A stretch of 64,000 nucleotides of DNA from an uncultured Clostridium sp. (GCA_964467165.1 CAYXOL010000003.1:32415-96414); one strand, 5' to 3'; counted from the first letter of the stretch, positions 1-9,854 are shown. Numbers and translations: made by a program. Notes: generated by a model from the letters alone, not told the origin.

Positions 1-519
1 ATTTTTTATTTCTTTACTACGTTTTTTATTTAATAACCTTATATTGTCATACTTATAATTTGGAAAAGAAAAGACTAAACTTTGGACTTCCTTTAACCAT
101 TCTCCACTATAATCTTGATCTATACATTCTTCTACTAAGAGCCTTAAATAATTTATATTATATCTATGGAATTTTTCTTTTTCTGATAAATGAGTCCATT
201 GAAGACCCTCCATACAAAAATTTCCTATTGATTTTTTAATTTCTTTTGTGGAAATATCAAACTTATCCTTCACACTGTCTATATTGATTAAATAAGTTTC
301 TATATCTGCACATAACTCTTTATTAAATTTTAAAATAACACTATGAGGCATATCAATTTGCTCTGTAATAGCGCGTGTAATTGCACTACTGGCAGTCTCC
401 CCCTCATTTATTTCCCCTCTTACGAAAAAATTAATAAGCTCTTTGTCTTCTTTATGACCGTAGGCCATAAGAACCATATTATCTCTTATAATAATAGCCT
501 GAACAAATCTTTTCCCCAT
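1..519 (-). CDS. Partial gene running off the left edge, N-terminal degenerate Nudix-like domain
   Basis: Not in the ORF track. GGAGG RBS, ATG at 519, then an open frame to base 1: MGKRFVQAIIIRDNMVLM...GEINEGETASSAITRAITEQ, which resembles a decayed Nudix box. Confidence 0.7.
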   Translation of the reverse strand, partial: MGKRFVQAIIIRDNMVLMAYGHKEDKELINFFVRGEINEGETASSAITRAITEQIDMPHSVILKFNKELCADIETYLINIDSVKDKFDISTKEIKKSIGNFCMEGLQWTHLSEKEKFHRYNINYLRLLVEECIDQDYSGEWLKEVQSLVFSFPNYKYDNIRLLNKKRSKEIKN

Positions 520-540
520 TTTAATACCTCCATTCTAATT

Positions 541-756
541 TTAATCTTCCTCTATATATTCAAGTATATCCCCTGGTTGGCAATGTAGTTCTCTGCAAAT
601 AGATTCTAATGTACTAAATCTAATGGCCTTTGCCTTAGAAGTCTTTAATATAGATAAATTAGCATTTGTAATTCCAACTTTAATTGACAGTTCAGATAGC
701 GATATCTTCCTTTTTGCCATCATAACATCTAAATTTACGACAATTGCCATATTCAT
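541..756 (-). CDS. Xre/Cro-type HTH regulator (YozG-like)
   Basis: MAIVVNLDVMMAKRKISLSELS..GITNANLSILKT..AKAIRFSTL..IC..L.CQPGDILEY; lies downstream of a DUF2975 gene, the usual pairing. Confidence 0.9.
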   Translation of the reverse strand: MNMAIVVNLDVMMAKRKISLSELSIKVGITNANLSILKTSKAKAIRFSTLESICRELHCQPGDILEYIEED

Positions 757-848
757 CCTCCTAGTAGGTTGCTAGATAAGCAACAATTCAAATTGTTATA
801 CACACAAGTATTTTTTTGGTGAATAACATTTCCCCTGCTTATTTACCT

Positions 849-1343
849 TTATATTGTAAATTCATTTTCTTCTTTAGCTTCAACAGCTTGTTTAAACACC
901 TGAGATAAAATCAGAATAAAACACCCAGCAAAAAAGAATATTAAAAATTCGATATCAGTATGTATTCCACTATTGTCAACATAAGCAATATTAAAGTTTT
1001 TATATTGGCCATTAATAACAAAATTTATAGCATAACAAATTGAAATTACAAAGCTTAACAGAGATATCCTTTTCAAGCAAATCACATTATCATTAATAAA
1101 AGGTGTTACATTTATTAATGAGCTAACTATTTTTCTAAGATTAAATAAGATTAATATAACGGCAATTCCTCCTAAGCTAAACAAAATGTATGTGCTAATA
1201 AATCTGCCCAATGACATATGTGCAACCTTTTCCACTAATATTCCTTTTGACAACATAAAATAAACAAATATCCCAATAATAATCATAATATCTAATGATA
1301 TTTTTAATAATGAAGCCAAAGACATTTTTCCGTAATATTTCAT
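849..1343 (-). CDS. DUF2975 family membrane protein
   Basis: Four hydrophobic segments, PF...NV..LKRI motif and C-terminal VFKQAVEAKEENEFTI. Confidence 0.85.
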   Translation of the reverse strand: MKYYGKMSLASLLKISLDIMIIIGIFVYFMLSKGILVEKVAHMSLGRFISTYILFSLGGIAVILILFNLRKIVSSLINVTPFINDNVICLKRISLLSFVISICYAINFVINGQYKNFNIAYVDNSGIHTDIEFLIFFFAGCFILILSQVFKQAVEAKEENEFTI

Positions 1344-1398
1344 TTAATATTCCTCCTGAACTAATATTTCTTTCAATTTCAATATTACTACTAAATAA

Positions 1399-1432
1399 AT
1401 TGTTTTTCAATGTATATTTATTGTTTTTCAAT
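1399..1432. promoter_or_regulatory. Tandem operator-like boxes upstream of the DUF2975-Xre operon
   Basis: ATTGTTTTTCAAT occurs twice with a 21-bp period (1399, 1420); each copy has ATTG/CAAT inverted arms. Confidence 0.45.
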
Positions 1433-1717
1433 AAATATTTATTTATAATCAACTTTTCCTAAAGCTATTTTTCTAAAATATGGTCTATCTCTTAAGATTA
1501 TGTTAACAAATTTCATAAGTGTAGCTTTTAATTGTAGCTTTTGGTATAATATAGTTAATGATTGTAACTTAATATAACTTTTTATATTTTGTATTGAAGT
1601 AATTTTTGCACTTATGTAAATGAACAATAACTAAACTAGAATGCTGATTTGTTATTTATTTATATGTGCCTTATATTCTCACCAATATCTTTTTCAAGAG
1701 AGGATGATTAAATTAAG

Positions 1718-2302
1718 ATGCTTTATTATTTAACAAATTCTATGCATTGGGCATGGACTCAATTTTTTATTGCTATTTCAAAATCTTCTGACCCTGCTCC
1801 ACAACTTTTACTAACATTTGTGGTTTTTATTATATTATATCTTTTGAATAACAAATTAGAAGCCATATGCTGCGTATTTAATATAGGTATTACTGGTTTC
1901 ACCAACTTAATACTAAAAAATACAATAAAAAGATATAGACCCATGGAAATAAGATTGGTTGAAGCTCATGGCTATAGTTTTCCTAGCGGCCATTCTTCCA
2001 TTTCTACGGCTATAGGTCTTGTACTTATTTACTTTATACTAAAACGAATAAAGAATAAAAAAATTGCCTATACCTTAAGTGCTTTAATATTCACATATTT
2101 AATTCTTGTAGGAATTAGTAGGGTATATCTTGGTGTTCACTATCCTACAGATGTTCTTGGCGGATGGGCTATTGCCATAATTTGGTCTTATATTACTATT
2201 TCAGCTTATAAGTTTTGTATGAACAAAGGCGTAGATAAGTTTTTAGATAAATATTTCACTATTAAACTTAATATTTTTAAACATAAAATAAAATCTATTT
2301 AG
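1718..2302 (+). CDS. PAP2 family phosphatase (undecaprenyl-PP phosphatase-like)
   Basis: K..IKRYRP, SFPSGHS and SRVYLGVHYPTDV motifs; membrane segments. Confidence 0.92.
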   Translation: MLYYLTNSMHWAWTQFFIAISKSSDPAPQLLLTFVVFIILYLLNNKLEAICCVFNIGITGFTNLILKNTIKRYRPMEIRLVEAHGYSFPSGHSSISTAIGLVLIYFILKRIKNKKIAYTLSALIFTYLILVGISRVYLGVHYPTDVLGGWAIAIIWSYITISAYKFCMNKGVDKFLDKYFTIKLNIFKHKIKSI

Positions 2303-2316
2303 TTCTAAAATCCAAT

Positions 2317-2356
2317 AAAGCCCTAAATATTCGTAACTGAATATTTAGGGCTTTTT
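2317..2356. terminator. Bidirectional intrinsic terminator
   Basis: AAAGCCCTAAATATTC-loop-GAATATTTAGGGCTTT between convergent genes. Confidence 0.8.
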
Positions 2357-2446
2357 ATCCATATGTGTTACCGTTAAAAGCACCCTATGATTTACTTCAC
2401 TTGATTTTATTTCTATGAACACAAAATCTACCTATATAAGATAGTT

Positions 2447-3196
2447 TTATATTTTCTTTCTCCAGAAATTTATATTACCTACTAATTTAAACCCTACTGA
2501 TTCGTATAGTTTATTTGGAACTAGATTTCTCTTTGGATCGCTTGTTTGAACTGTTGACTTTTCAGCTCCCAGCTCTCTAGCTTTTTGTAATGTATAACGC
2601 ATAATTACTTTAGTTAAGCCTTTACATTTATGCTTGGAATGACATGCCACAGCTTCAAAACTTACCATTTTGTTCTTCTCATCATATGTCCCACTACAAA
2701 ATGCAGCTACAGTATGATCTGCTGCCATAACTGCAACATCTAATTCATTTCTATAAGTAGCATTCTGTGTGAAATTTTCTAGAGTTTTTTCATCTACAGG
2801 CATTCCTAAACAGTTCCTGTAAATATAAATCAAACTGCTTTTATCAGAAACCTCTGATAAATTCTTTATATAATATCCTTCTGGTAACCTTGGTATTTCC
2901 ACTGGAACACTATGGTCAAAAACACGATGGGGTCTATATTCTCCACTATTACAATATCCCTTTTTTATTAATATCTCCTCTATTTCAGTGTCTCCATCAT
3001 AAACCCACCATTCAATTTGCTCATATTCTTCAGCAGACTCTTTTAAAGCCATTTCCCCAATATCAATCATTTGCTGATCTTGAACTTCTCTAGCTAAAGC
3101 CCACACATTACAATCTTGATTTGCAAGAACTACAAGTGTTGTATCTATTGAAGGATAATAATTAAATTTACATGCAACTCCCGCATTACACCTATC
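2447..3196 (-). pseudogene. 5'-truncated GNAT acetyltransferase fused to a foreign C-terminal fragment
   Basis: The C-terminal part parallels the 5106-6020 GNAT (LPEGYYIK, YRNELD, AAFC, FEAVAC..HKCKGL), but the N-terminal ~90 aa and an RBS are missing. The frame is open back to 3196 with a different-looking peptide. Confidence 0.6.
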
Positions 3197-3205
3197 TTAA
3201 AAATA

Positions 3206-4024
3206 TTACGACTCCTCAACTCTTATAAGCCAGTCATCAATTAATGAATTAAATAATTTTTCTTGTTCTAGTTGCAAACAATGTCCCGCTCTATCTAGTA
3301 CAGCGAAAGTTGCTCTTGGAAATTTTTCTAATATACTCCATGCATCCTTATAACCAACGCAATCGTCTTGTTTTCCTAACAATATAAGAGTAGGTTTTTC
3401 AAATTTTTCATTTACCTTATCTACATCGAATGAAAACCCATAGCCATTTTGTTGAAGATTTTGTAGAAATTCTTCATCTGCGATTTCAAAACCACATAGT
3501 CCTTCATTTGTATTTCTTTCAAATATTCTTTGACTTTGAACCACAAATGAAGAATTAAAATCTTCTGCATCCTCTGCTGTTAGTTTAGATAATAACTCAT
3601 TGTCTTTTACTAAAACAACATGTTCTTCAACACTTCTTTTTTCATAAGCTGGTATTATAAGTGGACAAATTAATAAAATGCCATCTAACCGGTCTGCCAT
3701 TTTGAGAATTACTCCTCTTGACAGATATCCGCCATATGATTGTCCTGCAATTAGGAAATTTTCATTAGGGATGATTGTTTCAATAAAACTAATTACAATA
3801 TCAAGCATATCGTCAGAGCTCTTAATCCATTCTGCACTTTCTGATTTACCCATACCTGGCAAGTCAATATATATTCTTTTATAACCCTCTTTATCACTAA
3901 ATATAGGTTCCATACATCCAGCCATTAATCTGTGGTCTACATAATAACCATGTAGCATAACAATTGGTTTTCCCTCACCTATTATTTCATAGTTTATAGT
4001 TATATTTTTTATCTTACATTCCAT
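3206..4024 (-). CDS. Alpha/beta fold hydrolase
   Basis: LHG, DLPGMG, GQSYGG nucleophile elbow, G..D and AGH motifs. Start moved to ATG 4024 after a GGGG RBS. Confidence 0.9.
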   Translation of the reverse strand: MECKIKNITINYEIIGEGKPIVMLHGYYVDHRLMAGCMEPIFSDKEGYKRIYIDLPGMGKSESAEWIKSSDDMLDIVISFIETIIPNENFLIAGQSYGGYLSRGVILKMADRLDGILLICPLIIPAYEKRSVEEHVVLVKDNELLSKLTAEDAEDFNSSFVVQSQRIFERNTNEGLCGFEIADEEFLQNLQQNGYGFSFDVDKVNEKFEKPTLILLGKQDDCVGYKDAWSILEKFPRATFAVLDRAGHCLQLEQEKLFNSLIDDWLIRVEES

Positions 4025-4046
4025 TATTTTTACCCCCATTTTAAAA

Positions 4047-4886
4047 TTATTTTTCCCCAAGCGCATATAAAACGTAGATTGTAGTAGCTATTCCTTCTTC
4101 CCCTTTTATTTCTCTAAGTTTTTCAAAAACTTCTGCTTTAAAGTCTTTCATTTTATCTTGTTGTATCTTTTCCAATGTGCCTACAGCACCATGAGTCCAC
4201 TGTTTATCCCACCATTCTTGTTCATCTTTATATACAAAAACTTTCTCTTCACTAGTAATTTGTATGTTTTTAAATGTAGCTTCATTTAAAATTTTATATA
4301 GTCCTTCCTCTGCATGAAATTCAGGACTTTCCTCCTCTTGGTATTCATCTAATTCATCTTCATATGGTGGTAAATATTTTTCAACTAACTCATGGAACCA
4401 ACTAAATTTATCATCGCTTTTTCTTAAAAATGTAGTAAATGAAAATCTACCACCCTCTTTTAAAACTCTCATGAATTCATTGAAAGCTATTTTATAATCC
4501 GGAAAGAAGAATACTCCAAATCCACATAGTATATGATCAAAAGTTTCATTTATAAACTCTAGATTTTCAGCATCCATTACCATTGCCTCTGCGTTTTTCA
4601 AAGCTCGCCGTTGTATTTCTAGATTAGTTTCCCTAACCATACCTTCAGCTATATCAATACCTATAACCTTTCCATTTTCTCCAACCTTCTCTGCTGATAC
4701 AAAAAGTGATGCCCCTTTTCCTGATGCAACGTCTAATACATTTTGGCCTTCTTTTACACCTGCAAATCCAACTAATTTTTCTCCGAAATATGCAAAATAT
4801 CTTGGTCCGTTACTATCAAAAACTGTTGACACCTTATTAAATAAATCGGTTATGTTCTTTTTAATTTCTACACTTTTGTTTTCCAT
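4047..4886 (-). CDS. Class I SAM-dependent methyltransferase
   Basis: VLDVASGKG, GIDIA, MDAE and RVLKEGG motifs. Start at ATG 4886 with AGGAG RBS. Confidence 0.9.
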   Translation of the reverse strand: MENKSVEIKKNITDLFNKVSTVFDSNGPRYFAYFGEKLVGFAGVKEGQNVLDVASGKGASLFVSAEKVGENGKVIGIDIAEGMVRETNLEIQRRALKNAEAMVMDAENLEFINETFDHILCGFGVFFFPDYKIAFNEFMRVLKEGGRFSFTTFLRKSDDKFSWFHELVEKYLPPYEDELDEYQEEESPEFHAEEGLYKILNEATFKNIQITSEEKVFVYKDEQEWWDKQWTHGAVGTLEKIQQDKMKDFKAEVFEKLREIKGEEGIATTIYVLYALGEK

Positions 4887-4986
4887 GAATATATCTCTCC
4901 TTTTGCCTAATGAGCTTTGAAATAAATAACAAATCAATATACGAGTCTATTCTAGCCTATTTCATTTGCCTAACTAAAAATATAAT

Positions 4987-5010
4987 CTAGTGCATCATCA
5001 ATTCTCTCAT
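4987..5010 (-). promoter_or_regulatory. Putative leader peptide MRELMMH
   Basis: GAGG RBS, then ATG AGA GAA TTG ATG ATG CAC TAG, about 100 nt upstream of the methyltransferase. Confidence 0.45.
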
Positions 5011-5105
5011 CTAAATCCTCACTAAATTTCATATGAAATTCAATGTTCAAAATCAATTAATGCTGAAAGTTTCCACTTATTATCTACTTTCATTAACACC
5101 TTAAA

Positions 5106-6020
5106 TCAAAGCGATACAGATTTTTCCCATATATTGCTCTTATATTCTGCTTTAAAACCAATTGCTAAATAAAATTTCTGATCAGAGCCAACATATACTG
5201 TTTCAGCGCACTCTTTAGCAATCCTATTTGTTGCTTCTCTAATAACAGCACGCCCAAGTCCTATTTTTCTAAACTCTGGAATAGTTCCAACTGGCTCAAG
5301 TATACCTATTTTGTTTATATTGTCGTACCACATTGTACAAAAGGCAGCTATCTCATTAGCTTCAGATACAACGTATAAATCTAAATCTACCCTATAGTTA
5401 GGAGTTTGTCTTAATGCTTCATAGCAAAGAGGCGATATATTCTCATACTTAGTATTTGCATAACCAAAAGCCTTTGCATGAGCTTTTCCCTTTTGAATAT
5501 CACTTACTTCCTGTCCACTTTTTATAGAAAATCCCTTTGGTAAATTTATATCTATGGAGCCATCAATATGAAATGCTAAAGTAGTTTCATAATAATTTGT
5601 TTTTTTATATCCTCTATTTAACGCCATGTTTTCACCTTGCTTATACCCATTTGATAATCGTAACTGAACAATACTTTTTTCGTCTTTCTCAAGAGCAAGA
5701 TTTTTTTCAGTAAACTCAAACATTTCTTCTAAAATCTCCTGCGGAAGCTCCTTCATACCAATATTAAAGAAAGCTTCTCCTTTAGCTTCTCCCTCAGAAC
5801 TTACAACAGCTATTATTTCTCCATGCTGCTCCCAAATACCAATTGTACTTTCCCATTTTTCAACAGAAACTTCATTCATTACCCGGGACATAGATTTTGA
5901 AAAGTTCCAACGCTCAATTGTCCAATTGCGACCTTTTCCAATAGTTTTAAATGTATCCACTAAAAAATCTCTTACTCTTAGAAAATCATTTGCTTCATAT
6001 TTTTTAAAATTTATATTCAT
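5106..6020 (-). CDS. GNAT family N-acetyltransferase (two-domain)
   Basis: EPVGTIPEFRKIGLG motif A; FYLAIGF. Confidence 0.88.
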   Translation of the reverse strand: MNINFKKYEANDFLRVRDFLVDTFKTIGKGRNWTIERWNFSKSMSRVMNEVSVEKWESTIGIWEQHGEIIAVVSSEGEAKGEAFFNIGMKELPQEILEEMFEFTEKNLALEKDEKSIVQLRLSNGYKQGENMALNRGYKKTNYYETTLAFHIDGSIDINLPKGFSIKSGQEVSDIQKGKAHAKAFGYANTKYENISPLCYEALRQTPNYRVDLDLYVVSEANEIAAFCTMWYDNINKIGILEPVGTIPEFRKIGLGRAVIREATNRIAKECAETVYVGSDQKFYLAIGFKAEYKSNIWEKSVSL

Positions 6021-6064
6021 AAACTTGCCTCCGATTATATTTTTTCTATTTACTTGCTTTAATG

Positions 6065-6820
6065 TTATTCCTCTTCTTTACTTTCCGAATAAAGCTCTGC
6101 CCATGCTGGGAAAAATCCAGCATTTATAGCAATATTCTGTGAGTGAAAATGGCATTCCCCAGTACCGTAGAAAGGTATTTTCCCTCGTTTCAAAATCTCA
6201 TTCTTTAAAAGTATAGTCAAGTTTGTTCCTATACCGCGTCCACGGTACTCAGGCAAAACATCAATACCAACTTGCCACATAGTTTTGCTATCTTCACTAG
6301 CACCTGCCATACCAATTATGTTATCACCCTCAAAAGCAGCAACTGCAAGCATATTTGGAAAGTTTTCATCAAAAACAAAAGCTTCTCCGAATCTATCATC
6401 ATTCTCAAATTGCAAAATTTCTTCAGATTCATACCATTTCACATTGGTAATAGGTTCTATACATGGCACATTAGGATTGGGTAGATAGTAGTGATGAATA
6501 TCTGCTATTTCATGTCCAAATTCATTCAATTTTTTATCCATTGCTCTCAGCTTTGGATATTCAGAAATCCATGCCGCTTGTGTATCTAACAGCTTTTCTT
6601 CACACCAAGGCATCATCATAGGTGATGCACTGATAATTGCTTTGCCACCAAAACAAAGTAGCTTTAAAAAGCATCCATCCTGATCATATATACGCCTTCC
6701 ATATATGAGCTTATTTTCAACTATTGTATTTTTTTCTTTTTCAAAGTCAGACACTTGGCAATTATAGTCCAGTGATAACTGCTTTTTTGCAATTTTTAAA
6801 ATTTCAGTTTTTGTATACAT
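6065..6820 (-). CDS. GNAT family N-acetyltransferase
   Basis: QVGIDVLPEYRGRGIG and SQNIAINAGF. Start at ATG 6820 after GGAGG. Confidence 0.88.
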   Translation of the reverse strand: MYTKTEILKIAKKQLSLDYNCQVSDFEKEKNTIVENKLIYGRRIYDQDGCFLKLLCFGGKAIISASPMMMPWCEEKLLDTQAAWISEYPKLRAMDKKLNEFGHEIADIHHYYLPNPNVPCIEPITNVKWYESEEILQFENDDRFGEAFVFDENFPNMLAVAAFEGDNIIGMAGASEDSKTMWQVGIDVLPEYRGRGIGTNLTILLKNEILKRGKIPFYGTGECHFHSQNIAINAGFFPAWAELYSESKEEE

Positions 6821-6878
6821 ATTATTAGCCTCCATTTATAAACAATTTTTATTTGAAATACATATTTGTAAACTTAAT

Positions 6879-6933
6879 AAAGTTGTTAACCGTCCCCAGT
6901 TATTTCTTAACCAGTTATTTCTTAACTGTCCCC
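6879..6933. repeat. REP-like half site plus a 15-bp tandem duplication
   Basis: AAAGTTGTTAACCGTCCCC matches 29143-29188 and 31185-31201; it is followed by CAGTTATTTCTTAAC twice and TGTCCCC. Confidence 0.7.
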
Positions 6934-6937
6934 TTTC

Positions 6938-6981
6938 AAAAAATTAAGGATATAGATGAACATACATTCATCTACATCCTT
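6938..6981 (-). terminator. Terminator/attenuator hairpin in the 5' leader of the GNAT block
   Basis: AAGGATGTAGATGAA-loop-TTCATCTATATCCTT then AATTTTTT on the minus strand, downstream of a TATAAT at about 7014-7019. Confidence 0.55.
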
Positions 6982-7082
6982 TTAATACCTCACCTTAAGT
7001 GCCGGAATTTCATTATTATATATGCTTTCATCCAAATATTCTTGCTATGGATAAATACCAAACATATATATAAATTTAAAAT

Positions 7083-7113
7083 AAAAAGCTATGTTGTCAA
7101 AAACAACACAGCT
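7083..7113 (-). terminator. Intrinsic terminator
   Basis: AGCTGTGTTGT-loop-ACAACATAGCT followed by a T run. Confidence 0.6.
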
Positions 7114-7693
7114 CTAATTTCAAATTATTATTAAGCAAGATAACGCTAAGATGTAATTACTTTTTATAAATCTAGCATTAAAGTAAAGACATACTTCCTA
7201 GCACTTTTATAACTTACTGTAATGTTAATGAAACTCAAAGAATTGTAATTGATGTCGTTCAATCAATATAATTAAAATCCTAAAATCTACAGCAAATAAA
7301 CCTAAACTATTAAAAAGATAATCCTTAATATTATAGATTACTATATATTTTGAGTATCTCAAATAAACCTAAATATAGATTTATAAAAACACTTATACCT
7401 ATAGTATTTTTGCTATGATTTTACTATTAGATTTCAAATTTATTATAATTGTAACAACATAATAATCATTCTTCTGTTCCCCTTTCACAGTAGTTTTAAT
7501 AATATAACGACTTTACTTAAATGTCGATATATTGATTATATTGTACATTTTGCCATTAGTCAATGTTTTTATAAATATAATTTTCTGAACTTTCTATCAA
7601 ATTATTTCTTGCAGAGCTATATATTAAATATTTAACAATAATATCATAATTTAGATTACTGTTCCTGGATAAGATAATAATCTTATTTAAAAT

Positions 7694-7721
7694 AAAAAAA
7701 GACACCTACATAAGTGTCTTT
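7694..7721 (-). terminator. Intrinsic terminator after the coiled-coil gene
   Basis: AAAGACAC stem with a T tail on the minus strand. Confidence 0.6.
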
Positions 7722-7733
7722 ATATATCATTTA

Positions 7734-8096
7734 CTATTTTGCACATTTTAGGTATGCAATATCTGTTATATTCTTTCCTGTGGCAAGTTCTACGAAATTT
7801 AAGTCTTTAGCAATTGTATCAATTTTAGAGTTAGTTTCTTTTATTTCAGCTTTAAGTTCACCAGCAATATTTACAAGTTGATGAGTTAAATTATCTATAT
7901 CAGCTTTATGAAATTCCGATGCAACTTTTAGTGAACTCAGAACTTCACCATGCTCATCAAGTTGCGTTTTAACTAATTTTATGTCACCTTTCATCTGCTT
8001 CATGTCACCTTGCATCTGCTTCATGTCACCTTTCACCTGTTTCACATCACCTTGGATTTGTTCTAGTATCTTTAATATTTTATCTTCGCTATTCAT
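7734..8096 (-). CDS. Hypothetical coiled-coil protein with heptad repeats
   Basis: AAGGAG RBS and ATG 8096; GDVKQVK/GDMKQMQ/GDMKQMK/GDIKLVK. Confidence 0.75.
   Translation of the reverse strand: MNSEDKILKILEQIQGDVKQVKGDMKQMQGDMKQMKGDIKLVKTQLDEHGEVLSSLKVASEFHKADIDNLTHQLVNIAGELKAEIKETNSKIDTIAKDLNFVELATGKNITDIAYLKCAK
7981..8053. repeat. 21-bp coding tandem repeat (~3.5 units)
   Basis: ATGTCACCTT(T/G)CA(T/C)CTG(C/T)TTC units at 7981, 8002, 8023 and a partial unit at 8044. Confidence 0.9.
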
Positions 8097-8289
8097 TATA
8101 TCAACTCCTTGCAAATTATGAAGCTATATGACATCATTATATCAAAAATAATACCTAGCGTAAAGTGGGATATTTCTCCTTTTAAAAATGCATACTTAAT
8201 TATACTTGAACAATAAAAAATCATTAGCTAAGTAGCCTATTTAACTAATGGTTTTTTATGGAAATTTCTTTATAACTGGAATATGGATA

Positions 8290-9822
8290 TTATTTATCTA
8301 ATCCCTTAGCTATAATTTCTTTAATTTCTGTTTTTATATTTTCTGCTTTTGTTCCAAATATTGCTTGAACACTGTTGCCAACTTCAAGAACTCCCGCAGC
8401 CCCTAATTTCTTAAGTTCTGCTTTGTCAACATTCTTAACCTCTTTAACACTTACTCGCAGCCGAGTAATGCAAGCATCTAAATTTGTAATATTACCATTT
8501 CCACCTAATGCTTTTAATACTGCTATTGCATGTTCTTGGCCTTTAAGATTAGTATTTTCTACACTTGCATCTTTTTGCTCCTCATCTTCACGACCTGGAG
8601 TTTTAAGGTTCCACTTTCTAATAACAAATCGGAATCCAAAGTAGTAAATTAATGCAAATACTAATCCCACAGGAATTACCAGCCACCATGCTGTTTTATT
8701 TGGAATTACACCAAATAGCAAGAAATCTATAAGCCCACCTGAGAATGTCATTCCTATTTTAACACCTAAAAGTTGCATTGTCATAAATGATAATCCTGCG
8801 AACACACAGTGAATTCCGTACAATACTGGTGCTACGAATAAAAATGAGAATTCAATTGGTTCTGTAATTCCTGTTAGGAATGATGTCAAAGCTGCAGATC
8901 CTAAAATACCAGCTACAAGTAATTTCTTTTCAGTTTTTGCTTCATGAATCATTGCAAGTGCTGCTGCTGGAAGCCCAAACATCATAAATGGGAACTTACC
9001 AGTCATAAATGTACCTGCTGTAATTGGTACCCCATCTTTTAATTGAGCCATAAATATAAGTTGATCTCCGTTAACTACTTGACCGGCTTTATTTATATAC
9101 TCACCGAATTGATACCAAAACGGGTTATAAAATATGTGATGCAATCCGAATGGTATTAATGATCTTTCTATTACTCCAAATACAAAAGCTGCCAGCGTTG
9201 GATTAGCATCAATCATACTTTTAGAGAAAAGTGTTAAACCATTTTGAATTGGAGGCCATACGAAACTCATTGCAATACCGATTGCGATTGCAAATACAGC
9301 TGTAACAATTGGTACAAATCTCTTACCTTGAAAGAATCCCAGGTAAGAAGGTAATTCAATATTGTAATATTTTTTATATAGTTGCGCTGCTACAATACCC
9401 ATTATAATACCGCCAAATACTCCAGTTTGAAGTGTTGGAATACCTAATACACTTGCAAACTCTGGATGTGCTCTAGTTAAAAGTTCTGGAGTAACCCCTG
9501 CAACAATACCTAAAGTTTGGTTCATTATTAAGAACCCAACTATTGCTGCGAGTCCTGCAACTCCTTCACCATCAGCAAGACCTACTGCAACCCCTACTGC
9601 AAATAACAATGCAAGGTTACCAAAAATAATTCCGCCAGACTGTTCCATAATTTTAGCTACTAATTGAATCCAACCAGCATTAAAAAAGGACACCTTTGCT
9701 AAGAAATCCGGATTTTGAAACATATTACCAAATGCAAGTAACATTCCCGCAGCTGGTAATAGCGCTACTGGTAGCATTAATGATCTTCCTACCTTTTGTA
9801 AAACACCAAAAGCCTTTTTCAT
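8290..9822 (-). CDS. ptsG: PTS glucose-specific EIICB
   Basis: [21 protein letters not shown] and DACITRLR (EIIB Cys); GlcT-type RAT upstream; no EIIA domain. Confidence 0.88.
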   Translation of the reverse strand: MKKAFGVLQKVGRSLMLPVALLPAAGMLLAFGNMFQNPDFLAKVSFFNAGWIQLVAKIMEQSGGIIFGNLALLFAVGVAVGLADGEGVAGLAAIVGFLIMNQTLGIVAGVTPELLTRAHPEFASVLGIPTLQTGVFGGIIMGIVAAQLYKKYYNIELPSYLGFFQGKRFVPIVTAVFAIAIGIAMSFVWPPIQNGLTLFSKSMIDANPTLAAFVFGVIERSLIPFGLHHIFYNPFWYQFGEYINKAGQVVNGDQLIFMAQLKDGVPITAGTFMTGKFPFMMFGLPAAALAMIHEAKTEKKLLVAGILGSAALTSFLTGITEPIEFSFLFVAPVLYGIHCVFAGLSFMTMQLLGVKIGMTFSGGLIDFLLFGVIPNKTAWWLVIPVGLVFALIYYFGFRFVIRKWNLKTPGREDEEQKDASVENTNLKGQEHAIAVLKALGGNGNITNLDACITRLRVSVKEVKNVDKAELKKLGAAGVLEVGNSVQAIFGTKAENIKTEIKEIIAKGLDK

Positions 9823-9854
9823 TTATATTCCCCTCTCTTTTGTGGCATGTTTGC

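Noticed and set aside
343-588. Plus-strand 81-aa ORF
   Set aside because: Antisense shadow of the RBS-led minus-strand gene at 1-519.
6853-7134. Plus-strand 93-aa ORF
   Set aside because: No RBS; it is made of repeat and hairpin DNA (LTVPSYFLTSYFLTVP reflects the duplication).
7981-8053. Direct repeats considered as a CRISPR array
   Set aside because: Contiguous in-frame coding units with no spacers and no cas genes.
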